From a virus (taxonomy: Duplodnaviria; Caudoviricetes), in IMG/VR virus record IMGVR_UViG_3300047625_000012, positions 183-64,182 of that record: a stretch of DNA of 64,000 bases; one strand, 5' to 3'. The notes below the pieces were generated by a model. The model was not told the DNA's origin. It worked only from the letters and a program-made list of their open reading frames with translations, and made no database searches. A program made the position numbers and the translations under genes. Within the stretch, counting starts at the first letter, position 1; every line of letters begins with the position of its first letter. Of this stretch, positions 44,842-53,282 are shown piece by piece.

Positions 44842-46383
44842 TTATCCATCGTAAGGGTTACTTCGTTTCCGTTGCTTGAGCCGCTCAGCCGCCGCCACGA
44901 CGGCCTTAATCGGATCGGCGCGCACTGTCAAGCGGATATTGAACTTCCGCATGAACAAAAGCAAAGCCTGGGTCCCCGTATCGAGCAGGTCATCATGCTC
45001 CAGCGACCCCTCCCCCACGTAGGTGCAGAACTGGTTGATGACGGGCTCTGCCCAGTCCCTGGGCTGGCTCGGGCGCTTCAAAGACTCGACCGCCCATACC
45101 CTCCCATGGGGGAACAACGGCGAGGCGCCATGGAGCTTGGAAAGCTTGTCCATGTCGGTAGGGAAGCGCTCCGCCAGAATCCCCTCCGTGGCGAGCTGCT
45201 GGACCAGAGACTTGCCCGAGCCGGTATCTTCGATCAGCAGCAGATCAATGGTCCGGCCCTGGTGGGACGGCCGCTGTGCGCGGGAGATGAGCGCGGGGCG
45301 CAGGAGGGGCTCTTCGGTATCCCCGTACGTGAAAGTCCGCTCGTGTTTCACCTTGCGCACCAGATCCGGAAAGCCCAGGTACTCTTCCCAGGCGTCCAGC
45401 AACATGATGTGGTCACGCCGTTCGTACTCAAACAAACCCCACACGGTACAGGCGGTCGGGTCGCCGGTCTGCTCCTTCTTGTTCCAGGTCTCCTCGGTAA
45501 AAGCCGTATCAAGTGACATTACTACGAAGCGGAATTTCGGCAACGGCTTTTTCGCCGGCCACAGCCGCCAGTCGCTGCGCTTGACGAACCCGGCTTCTTC
45601 CGGGTCGATTACCTCCCCGTAGATTTCCTGCCGCCCGATCCGGGTGCCTTCGTACTTGGCGATATTCTCGTAGAAAATATCCGACAGGTTTTCGGCGTTC
45701 TCGTAGGTACTGCCCGATATCGTGATGGAGTTTTTCAACGCCATCAGCATCTTGATGAACGGCTTGGGCTTCGGGGTGCCCGTCCAGAACACCTGCGGGT
45801 GTTTGCCTAACCGCAACCCGAATATGAAATTGTCAAACGCCTTTTCCGCGTAGCGCCAGGACGCAACCTCATCGAGCCAGCCCCGGTGACACTGCGGGCC
45901 GCGCAGACGCTCCGGCACATCCGCAGAGAAGCCCAGAATCTTCGCATCGTTGTAGAGGGTTATTTCCGGCGGTGACTTGGTCGAGTGTTTGATCAGCTTC
46001 CGGGGCAGCACCGGGTACTGCTTTCCCGGCGGTCCGATCAGCCCGGCTTTATCCTCATACGCACCATGAAGTCCTGTCGGCCCGTAGAAGCACGTCTTGA
46101 TCAGATCTTCATGGGTAGGAGCGATGACAAAGTTATACGAGCCTGGATCGGTAGCCGCCATGTCCGCGATCCAGCGGGCACCGGATACCGTCTTACCGAA
46201 TCCGCGTCCGGATTTGATCCCGAAGAAGTCCCACTTGTTATCGTCCGGGGGCAGCTGCTTGGCCCGGGCGAGCGCCTTCCAGCGCAACCGCGCGCCGAGA
46301 AGCTCCAGGTCTTCATCCGAGAAACGGGACAGCTTGTCGCGCAGTTCGCGCGGGTCTTCGAAGGGGAGTTTGACAGCGGCCAT
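44842..46383 (-). CDS. terL: Terminase large subunit
   Basis: Q motif, Walker A GRGFGKT, LRGPQ, Walker B WLDEVA, TGTP, GRQEIYGE, nuclease SLDTA...HDDLLD. Confidence 0.95.
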   Translation of the reverse strand: MAAVKLPFEDPRELRDKLSRFSDEDLELLGARLRWKALARAKQLPPDDNKWDFFGIKSGRGFGKTVSGARWIADMAATDPGSYNFVIAPTHEDLIKTCFYGPTGLHGAYEDKAGLIGPPGKQYPVLPRKLIKHSTKSPPEITLYNDAKILGFSADVPERLRGPQCHRGWLDEVASWRYAEKAFDNFIFGLRLGKHPQVFWTGTPKPKPFIKMLMALKNSITISGSTYENAENLSDIFYENIAKYEGTRIGRQEIYGEVIDPEEAGFVKRSDWRLWPAKKPLPKFRFVVMSLDTAFTEETWNKKEQTGDPTACTVWGLFEYERRDHIMLLDAWEEYLGFPDLVRKVKHERTFTYGDTEEPLLRPALISRAQRPSHQGRTIDLLLIEDTGSGKSLVQQLATEGILAERFPTDMDKLSKLHGASPLFPHGRVWAVESLKRPSQPRDWAEPVINQFCTYVGEGSLEHDDLLDTGTQALLLFMRKFNIRLTVRADPIKAVVAAAERLKQRKRSNPYDG

Positions 46384-46403
46384 GAGCGCGTCAACGTAAC
46401 AGC

Positions 46404-46610
46404 TTAAGCGGGGGCGTCAACCGCTTTCCGCATTGCTTCGCGCAGATTCCTGTCCTTATCTTCATCCAGAAGATCAATCAGCCTTAACTCGTGAGCACGC
46501 GTCGGGTCCAATGAGTTCCAGTAATCAATGTCTTCTAACAGACACATATAGGCGCCGTGCCGCCCCACATACAGACAACGCCAGGGGCGCGGGTCATCTG
46601 TGTCAGTCAT
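46404..46610 (-). CDS. Hypothetical protein
   Basis: Overlapping-gene chain. Confidence 0.55.
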   Translation of the reverse strand: MTDTDDPRPWRCLYVGRHGAYMCLLEDIDYWNSLDPTRAHELRLIDLLDEDKDRNLREAMRKAVDAPA

Positions 46611-46797
46611 GTGCCCGTGCCCTGCGACGACGCTCCTCCAGCTCCCCGCAGATCGTACGCATGTCTTCAATTACGCTGCCCGGCATACGGACTACTACCG
46701 AAGACCGGAACCAACCTTGGTACTTGAGTGCAGACAGCTCCTGCAGAATCTCCGACAGCCTCGGGTCACTGACCGGTGGGCGTAACAGCCGACGCAT
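46603..46797 (-). CDS. Hypothetical protein
   Basis: Overlapping-gene chain. Confidence 0.5.
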   Translation of the reverse strand: MRRLLRPPVSDPRLSEILQELSALKYQGWFRSSVVVRMPGSVIEDMRTICGELEERRRRARAHD

Positions 46798-47371
46798 TCT
46801 GCGCGCTCCGTAATTTAGCGTTGTCTTCCAACAGCGCCGCGATCTGCATCGACATGCGGCTCAGGGTCTGGGTCATCTCCGCATTCTGCTTGAGCAGCTC
46901 ATCCAGCCGCCCATTCAACTGTTTGTTCTGCTCCATCGTCTCGGAAAGCCTGCGGTCATCGCCCTGCGCGTGGGGGGACACAGAAGGACGGTTGCCCGCA
47001 AGCTTCCCGAGACTTTCCTTTACTTCAGGCTGGTACGACGCACGCATGTTGGCCATCTGAGCGCGCTGCGCTATCTGTGCATCCGACAGATTCAGGTGTT
47101 TGTAGACCGCACCGGCTTTGCGCGCATCATCCGGCGGGTTGCAGGCAAGACAACGCACCCAGGCCCACTTCATGAGACGCTTGGCGCCGACTCCGCCCGC
47201 ACCGAACAGCGGCTGCGCTTTGTTGCCCCCGCCGGCTGCGACGAGTCCCGGGGTCATGCCGTTCTGGCATTCCGGATTACGGCAGTCCGATCTTGCGCGG
47301 CGTGTCTGCGGACCGGCCTGGGCACGTGCTGCCAGCTCCCCCAGGCCTACGCTTTTATCCTGCGTAGCCAC
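46766..47371 (-). CDS. Zn-finger plus coiled-coil protein
   Basis: CxxxxC...CxxC then heptad repeat. Confidence 0.65.
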   Translation of the reverse strand: MATQDKSVGLGELAARAQAGPQTRRARSDCRNPECQNGMTPGLVAAGGGNKAQPLFGAGGVGAKRLMKWAWVRCLACNPPDDARKAGAVYKHLNLSDAQIAQRAQMANMRASYQPEVKESLGKLAGNRPSVSPHAQGDDRRLSETMEQNKQLNGRLDELLKQNAEMTQTLSRMSMQIAALLEDNAKLRSAQNASAVTPTGQ

Positions 47372-47374
47372 TCC

Positions 47375-47869
47375 CTACTCCTGTAACACCATAATACTGT
47401 TGATACCGTCATTACGGAACACCAGCTCGTTAACGACCTTGAAATCTGCCTCAGGGATAGCGATACGAGTACGAATCTTATACTTCGTCTCGGTAACCGG
47501 AAGGCCTTCATAGACTACGCTGCCCGGCCCGCAGCTATCCTCCTCAATCCGCATCTCCTTGGCGTACCGCCAGTACAATACGGGGCGCGCTGACTTACAG
47601 GTAGCGTGGAGTTTAAAGAGCGCCGTATACAAAGTCTGCCGCAGTTGTTCCGCTGCGTTCTCTATAGAAGCCGGCGCAATAGCCGCCAGTGTCATGTAAG
47701 GATAGTCTTGATATCTCCTTACAGCGTAGTCCCACTCAGCATGCCATGCGCGATGATCCCCATCCTTACAATCAAACATGCGTTCGATCTGCAATACTAA
47801 TGCTTCTATAGACCCGAACGGCGCTTTGCGCGGTGCGGGCTCCCCAGAGCTGTTGGTTTCGTCACTCAT
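47375..47869 (-). CDS. Hypothetical protein (lower GC)
   Basis: 164-aa ORF; visibly more AT-rich than its flanks. Confidence 0.65.
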   Translation of the reverse strand: MSDETNSSGEPAPRKAPFGSIEALVLQIERMFDCKDGDHRAWHAEWDYAVRRYQDYPYMTLAAIAPASIENAAEQLRQTLYTALFKLHATCKSARPVLYWRYAKEMRIEEDSCGPGSVVYEGLPVTETKYKIRTRIAIPEADFKVVNELVFRNDGINSIMVLQE

Positions 47870-48285
47870 AACACCGGTACCTTACGGCCGTTCTCAGGCC
47901 ACCATCCGACCTTGCGCCCGAGGATCAGCGCCTGCGGGCCTTTGCTCCAGGCGAATACATACTTCAGGTTGTCGCACGAATTGCGCCACGCTGACCAGCA
48001 GTACGCACGCCACCACGCAGGCGCATCGGGCATGTAAGGCGACAGTACCCCGTTGATCCAGATGAGCGCGTAGATCCCGCTCACGCCGTCTTCCGGGTTG
48101 TCGTAAAGGAAGCCCACCGGAGCAAACCGCCAACGGTCGACTCTACGCTGGTTATCTTTTACAGACGGAATAGCGCTGACGTACCAAGCATGCGTCAGGC
48201 AGAACGGAATGAGCACGACCCAGCCCAATACTGTGGCCAACAGCTGTATCAACTGCACAACGGTGAACCACAACCAGCCGATCAC
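47866..48285 (-). CDS. Trp-rich membrane protein
   Basis: N-terminal TM; DNPEDGVSG...W.AWRN conserved phage pattern. Confidence 0.65.
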   Translation of the reverse strand: MIGWLWFTVVQLIQLLATVLGWVVLIPFCLTHAWYVSAIPSVKDNQRRVDRWRFAPVGFLYDNPEDGVSGIYALIWINGVLSPYMPDAPAWWRAYCWSAWRNSCDNLKYVFAWSKGPQALILGRKVGWWPENGRKVPVL

Positions 48286-48590
48286 GGTAACGCCTCGTAC
48301 GCCTCTTGCAGCGACTTACCGGACAGCAACAGTTTCTCGAACTTATCTATATCTTTATCCCGCAGCCGTTCGCCCCAGCCTTCCGCCTCAACTGCTGACA
48401 TCACGTAGGTCGTCTCAGTCATGATCCGCATGTCCCGCGTGACCAGCAAGCACGTATCTCCTTCTCCTACCTTGCGCGCCTTGAAAAGATGGAATGCACA
48501 CTGGTGATCACAGTTGCAGGCTTCTTTGGCTCGATCCCAACTCACGGCATTGCACTCCCGACACGTCTGTCGTTGGCTTCCAGCACCCAT
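48282..48590 (-). CDS. Hypothetical protein
   Basis: Cys-rich N-terminus; start uncertain. Confidence 0.45.
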   Translation of the reverse strand: MGAGSQRQTCRECNAVSWDRAKEACNCDHQCAFHLFKARKVGEGDTCLLVTRDMRIMTETTYVMSAVEAEGWGERLRDKDIDKFEKLLLSGKSLQEAYEALP

Positions 48591-48949
48591 TCGGACTCGT
48601 CCAGTGCGGGCGCCTCGACGATATTGACATACGGCGCGAACGGATTCGACTTGGTATGAGCCAGGATCGAGAACACCACATTACGCGCCTGCTGTAGCCG
48701 GATGGTGTGTACGTACAGGATATACGCGAACGAGGGGCCTACGTCCCGCGCGGCCATCTCCAGCGACATCCTGTTGAGCATGAAGTAGGTCGGCTCCCTG
48801 CGGAGGTCACGCAACGGCTCATAATCCGGACGCTCTTCGCACAGGTCAAAGAACCGTTTGGAGCGCGCCCGCTCCGCGATCTCATCATTGAGCCGGTCAA
48901 CTCCGCCGCGTCGTGTCATAGAGCCCCAGCTCTTCGGGAAGATATTCAC
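48542..48949 (-). CDS. Capsid A-domain-like protein (paralog of 53282-53578)
   Basis: L..SLE.A....PS..Y.LYV.......A......I.A.T..NPFAPY...V....L...EW aligns without gaps to 53282-53578; resembles MCP ~169-255. Confidence 0.6.
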   Translation of the reverse strand: MNIFPKSWGSMTRRGGVDRLNDEIAERARSKRFFDLCEERPDYEPLRDLRREPTYFMLNRMSLEMAARDVGPSFAYILYVHTIRLQQARNVVFSILAHTKSNPFAPYVNIVEAPALDESEWVLEANDRRVGSAMP

Positions 48950-49292
48950 CGTTCAATGCCATCTCAGCCGCGCGTCGGATGACGGGGTCAGTGTCGATGA
49001 GCTTTTTTATTTTTGGGGAGACGATCAGCTGACGCGGTACGATCGTAAGCCTGGACCACTCACCTGCTTTTTTCAGGTTTACCAACATCTCCTCAAGCGA
49101 TTCCTGCGTGAGACTCGCTGCGGCTGCGTTGGAAAAATTACTGTTTGTCGTGTTCCAATAAGTACCGTTCGGCCATACGAACAGCTTCGATCGTGGCGGC
49201 AACGAGATGACCGGCTCAACCGTTCCGCGCCACGGGACGAGTACCGCACCGGCGCTGCCGGCCAACAGCGATATGAAACCCCGCCGGTTCAC
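48897..49292 (-). CDS. Tat-leader protein carrying a major-capsid fragment (MCP 159-203)
   Basis: MNRRGFISLLAGSAGAVLV leader; FSNAAAASLTQESLEEMLVNLKKA...RLTIVPRQLIVSP vs MCP FSNQLTTAAALSQTSLEQMLIQVRNA...RIRLTPLQLVTSP. Confidence 0.8.
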   Translation of the reverse strand: MNRRGFISLLAGSAGAVLVPWRGTVEPVISLPPRSKLFVWPNGTYWNTTNSNFSNAAAASLTQESLEEMLVNLKKAGEWSRLTIVPRQLIVSPKIKKLIDTDPVIRRAAEMALNGEYLPEELGLYDTTRRS

Positions 49293-49555
49293 TCGACATC
49301 CTGAGTCAACATGAACGTCTCTCCGTAGACGACATGCTCGTACGACGGCGGGTTGAAAGCGGTGTTTAGTATGTTGTGCACCAGGCTTTCTTCAGTCTCG
49401 ATCATCGAGCGCGCCAGGTGTTCCGCATAGAGCCGGCCGATCTTTTCCCAATCCGGCTCGACCGCGCGCAATGCCGTCTGTGCCAGCTTGGTCTGAGATG
49501 CAAACGCAACGACGGCAGTCGCCGCAAGCGCTTTGAAAAAGCCTCTGCGGTTCAC
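49289..49555 (-). CDS. Tat-leader protein carrying a major-capsid spine-helix fragment (MCP 101-134)
   Basis: MNRRGFFKALAATAVVAFA leader; 20/34 ungapped identities to own MCP; GTGA overlap (alternative ATG 49561). Confidence 0.85.
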   Translation of the reverse strand: MNRRGFFKALAATAVVAFASQTKLAQTALRAVEPDWEKIGRLYAEHLARSMIETEESLVHNILNTAFNPPSYEHVVYGETFMLTQDVE

Positions 49556-49788
49556 GGACATTCCCCCAGCTTCATCAGCTCCAAAGCGCAATCAGCTTGT
49601 GCAGGCGGCTTGCGCAAGGGGTTCACGTCGCAGTCTGCGATTCCAGTACGACAACCCTCACAGCACGGGTTCAAATAGCCGTTCCACCACTCCGCAATGC
49701 CCTTACGACGGAATGCCTCACGAAAGCCCGACGGCAATCTACGACGGTAAAACTCACTGGGTCTCACGGCCGACCCAACGCATGCCAC
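49552..49788 (-). CDS. Small Cys-rich hypothetical protein
   Basis: CCEGC...C...C...C; overlapping chain. Confidence 0.5.
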   Translation of the reverse strand: MACVGSAVRPSEFYRRRLPSGFREAFRRKGIAEWWNGYLNPCCEGCRTGIADCDVNPLRKPPAQADCALELMKLGECP

Positions 49789-49961
49789 AGGTGCCAGAGC
49801 GGGTCACGCCAGGGAGGCACCCGGTAATCCGCCGGCAGATTGTTGGTCTGAAAACCCCACCGGATGAAGCGTTCACGCGCGACGTTGTGGCGCAGGCGGA
49901 TCACCGCACGGCGGGTACGCTTACCCAGCTTCGGCGGGATCGTCCCCCTCCGGAGTCTCAT
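49764..49961 (-). CDS. Small basic hypothetical protein
   Basis: ATGA overlap. Confidence 0.5.
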   Translation of the reverse strand: MRLRRGTIPPKLGKRTRRAVIRLRHNVARERFIRWGFQTNNLPADYRVPPWRDPLWHLWHALGRP

Positions 49962-50359
49962 CGTCCCTCCTCATCCCGTCCCGGCTGTTTCGGTCGACCG
50001 TACGGGTACTCGAACAGCTCCTGCTTGAGCAGGTAACCTTCCAGCAACCACACCTTGCTGACGGCGTCCGCGCGTGCAGCCATACGCCCGACATTTGAAT
50101 CGAAGTTGGTCAGGGAAGACGGCGCAGACATGCCCGTGACCTTGAACCCGTTCCTGAGCACCAGCACGCACACGGTGAGCGCCGGCATCTCACCGCTTAT
50201 GAACTTCGGGTCCACCTCCGGGTTGGTGAGCCAGATGGGGATCGCATCGCCTGTGATATAGGCTTCGGCGACGATCGTCGCCTCGACGTGCGCCAGCGTA
50301 ATGCGCGGTGCGGTGAGCCCCTTCGCCTGGATCTCCGTCTCGATCTCGTTATCCGTCAT
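49958..50359 (-). CDS. N4 gp49 / Sf6 gp66 family protein (family of the Acb4 cGAMP sponge)
   Basis: IE.EIQAKGLTAPRIT..H.E...LT.CVLVLRNGF.VTG.SA.....NFD...GR..AR..A..KVW.LEGYLLKQ. Confidence 0.85.
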   Translation of the reverse strand: MTDNEIETEIQAKGLTAPRITLAHVEATIVAEAYITGDAIPIWLTNPEVDPKFISGEMPALTVCVLVLRNGFKVTGMSAPSSLTNFDSNVGRMAARADAVSKVWLLEGYLLKQELFEYPYGRPKQPGRDEEGR

Positions 50360-50661
50360 GGTGCAAACCCTTTGTAGTGTTCGTAGTGTACCGCCCAGAA
50401 CTCGCGCTTGACGACATAAGCGACCTAGTCCACGCACTCGTTGCAGATACAGACCCCGTCGTGATGAACCAGCAGCTCGGTATTGTCCTGCAGACTCGCG
50501 CAGTAATGACAGCGGCGTTCCTGCCTGATCAGGATGCTGATCTCCTCCAGAGCGTGGGGAGAAAGACGCGGACGGCGCCAGCGGCCCCACAGCCACCAGC
50601 GTACCGGGTTGGATCGCGGATGAGCCGTAGAACAGAGCGCAACGCCGTCCGACATCTTCAC
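50356..50661 (-). CDS. ClpX-type C4 zinc-binding-domain protein, interrupted by in-frame TAG at 50425-50427
   Basis: CHYC......ELLV....VCICNECVD; frame continues 22 codons to a TGA overlapping the next ATG. Confidence 0.6.
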
Positions 50662-50731
50662 TCCTTACAACACGCCTGACACGGCTTGCACCGTGCCCGC
50701 CAGCGTTCAGGTAGCCGGCAGATCCAGCGCA

Positions 50732-51097
50732 CTAGCCAAGCTGGATAGGCGCACCCAGTTGAGGAGGGACGACAGTGTCCACCGTCGCGGTGATCGGCGG
50801 CGAGAAGTCACCCTCGTTGCCCTGCGCGTCCATCAGTGTGAACACGAAGTCGTAGGAGCCGTTACCCAGTCCCCCGGGCAGCTCGGTGGAGATGGGATCG
50901 TCCCAGTACTGCACAGGCGGTGTGCCCACGGTCTTCGTGGTCAGTGCGGACACCGGCCCGGCATCGATACGCGCCGCCTGGGTATAGGACGGCGTGAGCG
51001 GTGTGGGGCCGTAGTACACGATCAGGTGATCGGTACCCGGCGGCGCAGGCGTGGGGATGGGAATGCCGAAATCCTTCAAAGGCACAGTCTTGGACAT
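50732..51097 (-). CDS. Ig-like / FN3-like domain protein
   Basis: G.YDFVFT..DA.GNE.DFS....TVDT..P; GAGGAG RBS. Confidence 0.65.
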   Translation of the reverse strand: MSKTVPLKDFGIPIPTPAPPGTDHLIVYYGPTPLTPSYTQAARIDAGPVSALTTKTVGTPPVQYWDDPISTELPGGLGNGSYDFVFTLMDAQGNEGDFSPPITATVDTVVPPQLGAPIQLG

Positions 51098-51110
51098 GAG
51101 GTCGACTCCT

Positions 51111-51494
51111 CTAGTGGGTCGGTTTGGAAAGCGTGGAAGGGATGGGAACGCCGATGCTGTTGGCGTACACCGGAGCAGACATGACACCCGCGGAGTTCAC
51201 CGCGAAAATCTGCACGCACACCGGGTTCAGATTCGTGGGGTAGATCGGCGACCGGGTCGCAGTCGCTGCCGCGTTGATACCGCCCTGGACCGTACTGACC
51301 GTATGGGAAGCCGTGCACGAGCCCCACTCGATGCGGTAGCCGGTAAGGTCGGTGAGCGGCGTTCCATCGCTGTTCTGTACCGGCGCCGTCCAGCCGACGA
51401 ACAGTTTGGCCGCGTATACCGGGTAGGCCGCACCGACGAAGATCGCGGTGCATAGCGCTACGATGATCAACAGCAGAAGCGGTGTGCGTTTCAT
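51111..51494 (-). CDS. Exported fibronectin type III domain protein
   Basis: Signal/TM leader; WTAPVQNSDGTPLTDLTGYRIEWG...AVNSAG..S. Confidence 0.8.
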   Translation of the reverse strand: MKRTPLLLLIIVALCTAIFVGAAYPVYAAKLFVGWTAPVQNSDGTPLTDLTGYRIEWGSCTASHTVSTVQGGINAAATATRSPIYPTNLNPVCVQIFAVNSAGVMSAPVYANSIGVPIPSTLSKPTH

Positions 51495-52198
51495 CGCACG
51501 ATTCCCAGGCCGCCCGGAATCGCCGACGTAGCGCTGACAGTAGTCTCGCTGCTGGTTATCTGACCCGCACCGTACTGCCGGCCTTTAGCCGTTACGCTCA
51601 ACGACGCCCATTCATCCGGGACCACGGGGTGCAAACCGTCTACGAGGGAGCCCGGGTGGTTGAATACCGGCTTACCCTGGAGCACGTGCAACAACAACGA
51701 CCCTTCCATCCACACATCGTTGCAGCAATAGTCGATGACCTTGCCGCGTTTACCCTGTTGCCACCACACCGGCGCCAGCGCACCGTGGCCGGTCTTGCGG
51801 ATACCGAGGGTAGCCTGACACACCGCATCCAGGCCCCAGCCGCCGTGCGTACGCGGGTTGAATGTATCCGGGTTCAGGTCGAGCGCGATCCAGATCCCGC
51901 GCAGGATATCGTAGTGATGCTCCGCATCGACGACGATGTCATGCTCCAGAAGCAGCCGGTTGTCGAAATTGACGGTGTTGAAGCCCGCGGTCCACTTGCC
52001 TGCGATGTACGCCTGGAAGTCTTCCAGGTCCTCTTCGAGAAATACGCGCGTCAGGTGCGTGACGATGTCGTACGTACAGACGCATGCGATACCCATGTTG
52101 GCGAAGTCGCGCCACCCGTCGCAGTACTCGATGCCTTCGAGACGCTCTTCGGTGCGGCTCCGGATGGCTTTCTTGATCTCAACATCAACTACGATCAT
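51491..52198 (-). CDS. DnaQ/RNase H-like 3'-5' exonuclease
   Basis: VVDVE, GFN..NFD, HYDIL, LDAV...LG, YCCNDV (DEDDy). Confidence 0.85.
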   Translation of the reverse strand: MIVVDVEIKKAIRSRTEERLEGIEYCDGWRDFANMGIACVCTYDIVTHLTRVFLEEDLEDFQAYIAGKWTAGFNTVNFDNRLLLEHDIVVDAEHHYDILRGIWIALDLNPDTFNPRTHGGWGLDAVCQATLGIRKTGHGALAPVWWQQGKRGKVIDYCCNDVWMEGSLLLHVLQGKPVFNHPGSLVDGLHPVVPDEWASLSVTAKGRQYGAGQITSSETTVSATSAIPGGLGIVR

Positions 52199-52455
52199 GT
52201 GCCGTACTCCGAATTCATACAAACCAACACGTGTTCCTTGCTGGGGGCGTCTTCAAGGCTACCTTCGACATCGATCGCGACGAACCGGGTGTGACCATAA
52301 CAATAGCCTTCACGCCATGCCGGATCGGTAACGCCCGGGAAAGCCAACGAACGACTGCAGTCGCACGCGCCGTTACCCTCCGTCCACCAGAATACCGACA
52401 TGTCAGCGCCCTTGGCGGTCTTTCCGGTACGTAGATCAAGAAATGTCGGGATCAC
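52195..52455 (-). CDS. Hypothetical protein
   Basis: FWWTEGN.ACDC.R conserved phage motif. Confidence 0.7.
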   Translation of the reverse strand: MIPTFLDLRTGKTAKGADMSVFWWTEGNGACDCSRSLAFPGVTDPAWREGYCYGHTRFVAIDVEGSLEDAPSKEHVLVCMNSEYGT

Positions 52456-52682
52456 GATGGCGTGCCTTGTGAAAGCTGTTTCAATTGCGCGCCCAGCTGC
52501 CCGATGTTATCCCCGAAAGGTACACCGAACTTCGCACAGCCGATATGGAAATACAATGAGCGCAGCATCTGTGCGCTGAGCCGTACCGGGCTTTGCGTTT
52601 CCAACAGATCGAACTGCCACTGGTTGTTGCGCAGGTACGCAAAGCACTCATCAAGTGAGTGTACCGGGGTATCGCGGTTCAC
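52452..52682 (-). CDS. Hypothetical protein
   Basis: GTGA overlap chain. Confidence 0.6.
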   Translation of the reverse strand: MNRDTPVHSLDECFAYLRNNQWQFDLLETQSPVRLSAQMLRSLYFHIGCAKFGVPFGDNIGQLGAQLKQLSQGTPS

Positions 52683-52855
52683 GCGGCGTACTCCCCACCC
52701 AGATTTTCGCGCATGGTCAGCGGCTTGCGCCTGGCGCGCACTTCGGCTTTCTCATCCTCACTGAACTCACGCACTTCACCGTTGGGCAGGATCTCCAGCA
52801 TGACTTCATCCTCGCGTTCCAACATGCGCGCGAGTTCGTCGATGGTAGGCTTCAT
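52679..52855 (-). CDS. 58-aa hypothetical protein
   Basis: MKPTIDELARMLEREDE...; 4-bp overlaps on both sides. Confidence 0.6.
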   Translation of the reverse strand: MKPTIDELARMLEREDEVMLEILPNGEVREFSEDEKAEVRARRKPLTMRENLGGEYAA

Positions 52856-53100
52856 TTCGGCGGCCCGTTGGGTGCATTCCTGTGCCAGCTGCGTGAGCGG
52901 TTGTTGCTCGGCACATGGCGCTCATCCTGCGAGGGGAGCTTGGCGCACTGGCACGTCGCACAGTGTACTTGCCCCGCTTTGTCCAATTCCGCCAGCGCGT
53001 GGACAGTTCCGAGGTAGTGTGCGCTTCCTGTAGCCCCTTCCGCCTCGAACAAGGTTTTCAAGCTCTCCAGCTGTGCGCGCGCAATCAACAATGCAGTCAT
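52852..53100 (-). CDS. Hypothetical protein
   Basis: ATGA overlap chain. Confidence 0.55.
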   Translation of the reverse strand: MTALLIARAQLESLKTLFEAEGATGSAHYLGTVHALAELDKAGQVHCATCQCAKLPSQDERHVPSNNRSRSWHRNAPNGPPK

Positions 53101-53282
53101 AACCCCTCGTCCTCCTTCACAACAGTCCCGGGCATGAGGAACGCGAAGAAGACTTCCGCGCGCTGCACGATCGCAGCGGTATCCTGCGGAGCAATCCCTT
53201 GGAAAGCCTCGTGGAGTGCCAGCTCCAATGCTTTGGTGCGCAGTTCGGCTTCTACCGTCACGCTCCAGGAGTTCCTGGGCAT
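53097..53282 (-). CDS. Small helical hypothetical protein
   Basis: R.KALELA......IV.RA..F..FL pattern; TAATG overlap. Confidence 0.6.
   Translation of the reverse strand: MPRNSWSVTVEAELRTKALELALHEAFQGIAPQDTAAIVQRAEVFFAFLMPGTVVKEDEGL

Noticed and set aside
50425-50427. Genome-wide TAG recoding
   Set aside because: Other genes (for example the polymerase and 1443-1700) end normally at TAG, long genes are not fragmented, and no suppressor tRNA was seen
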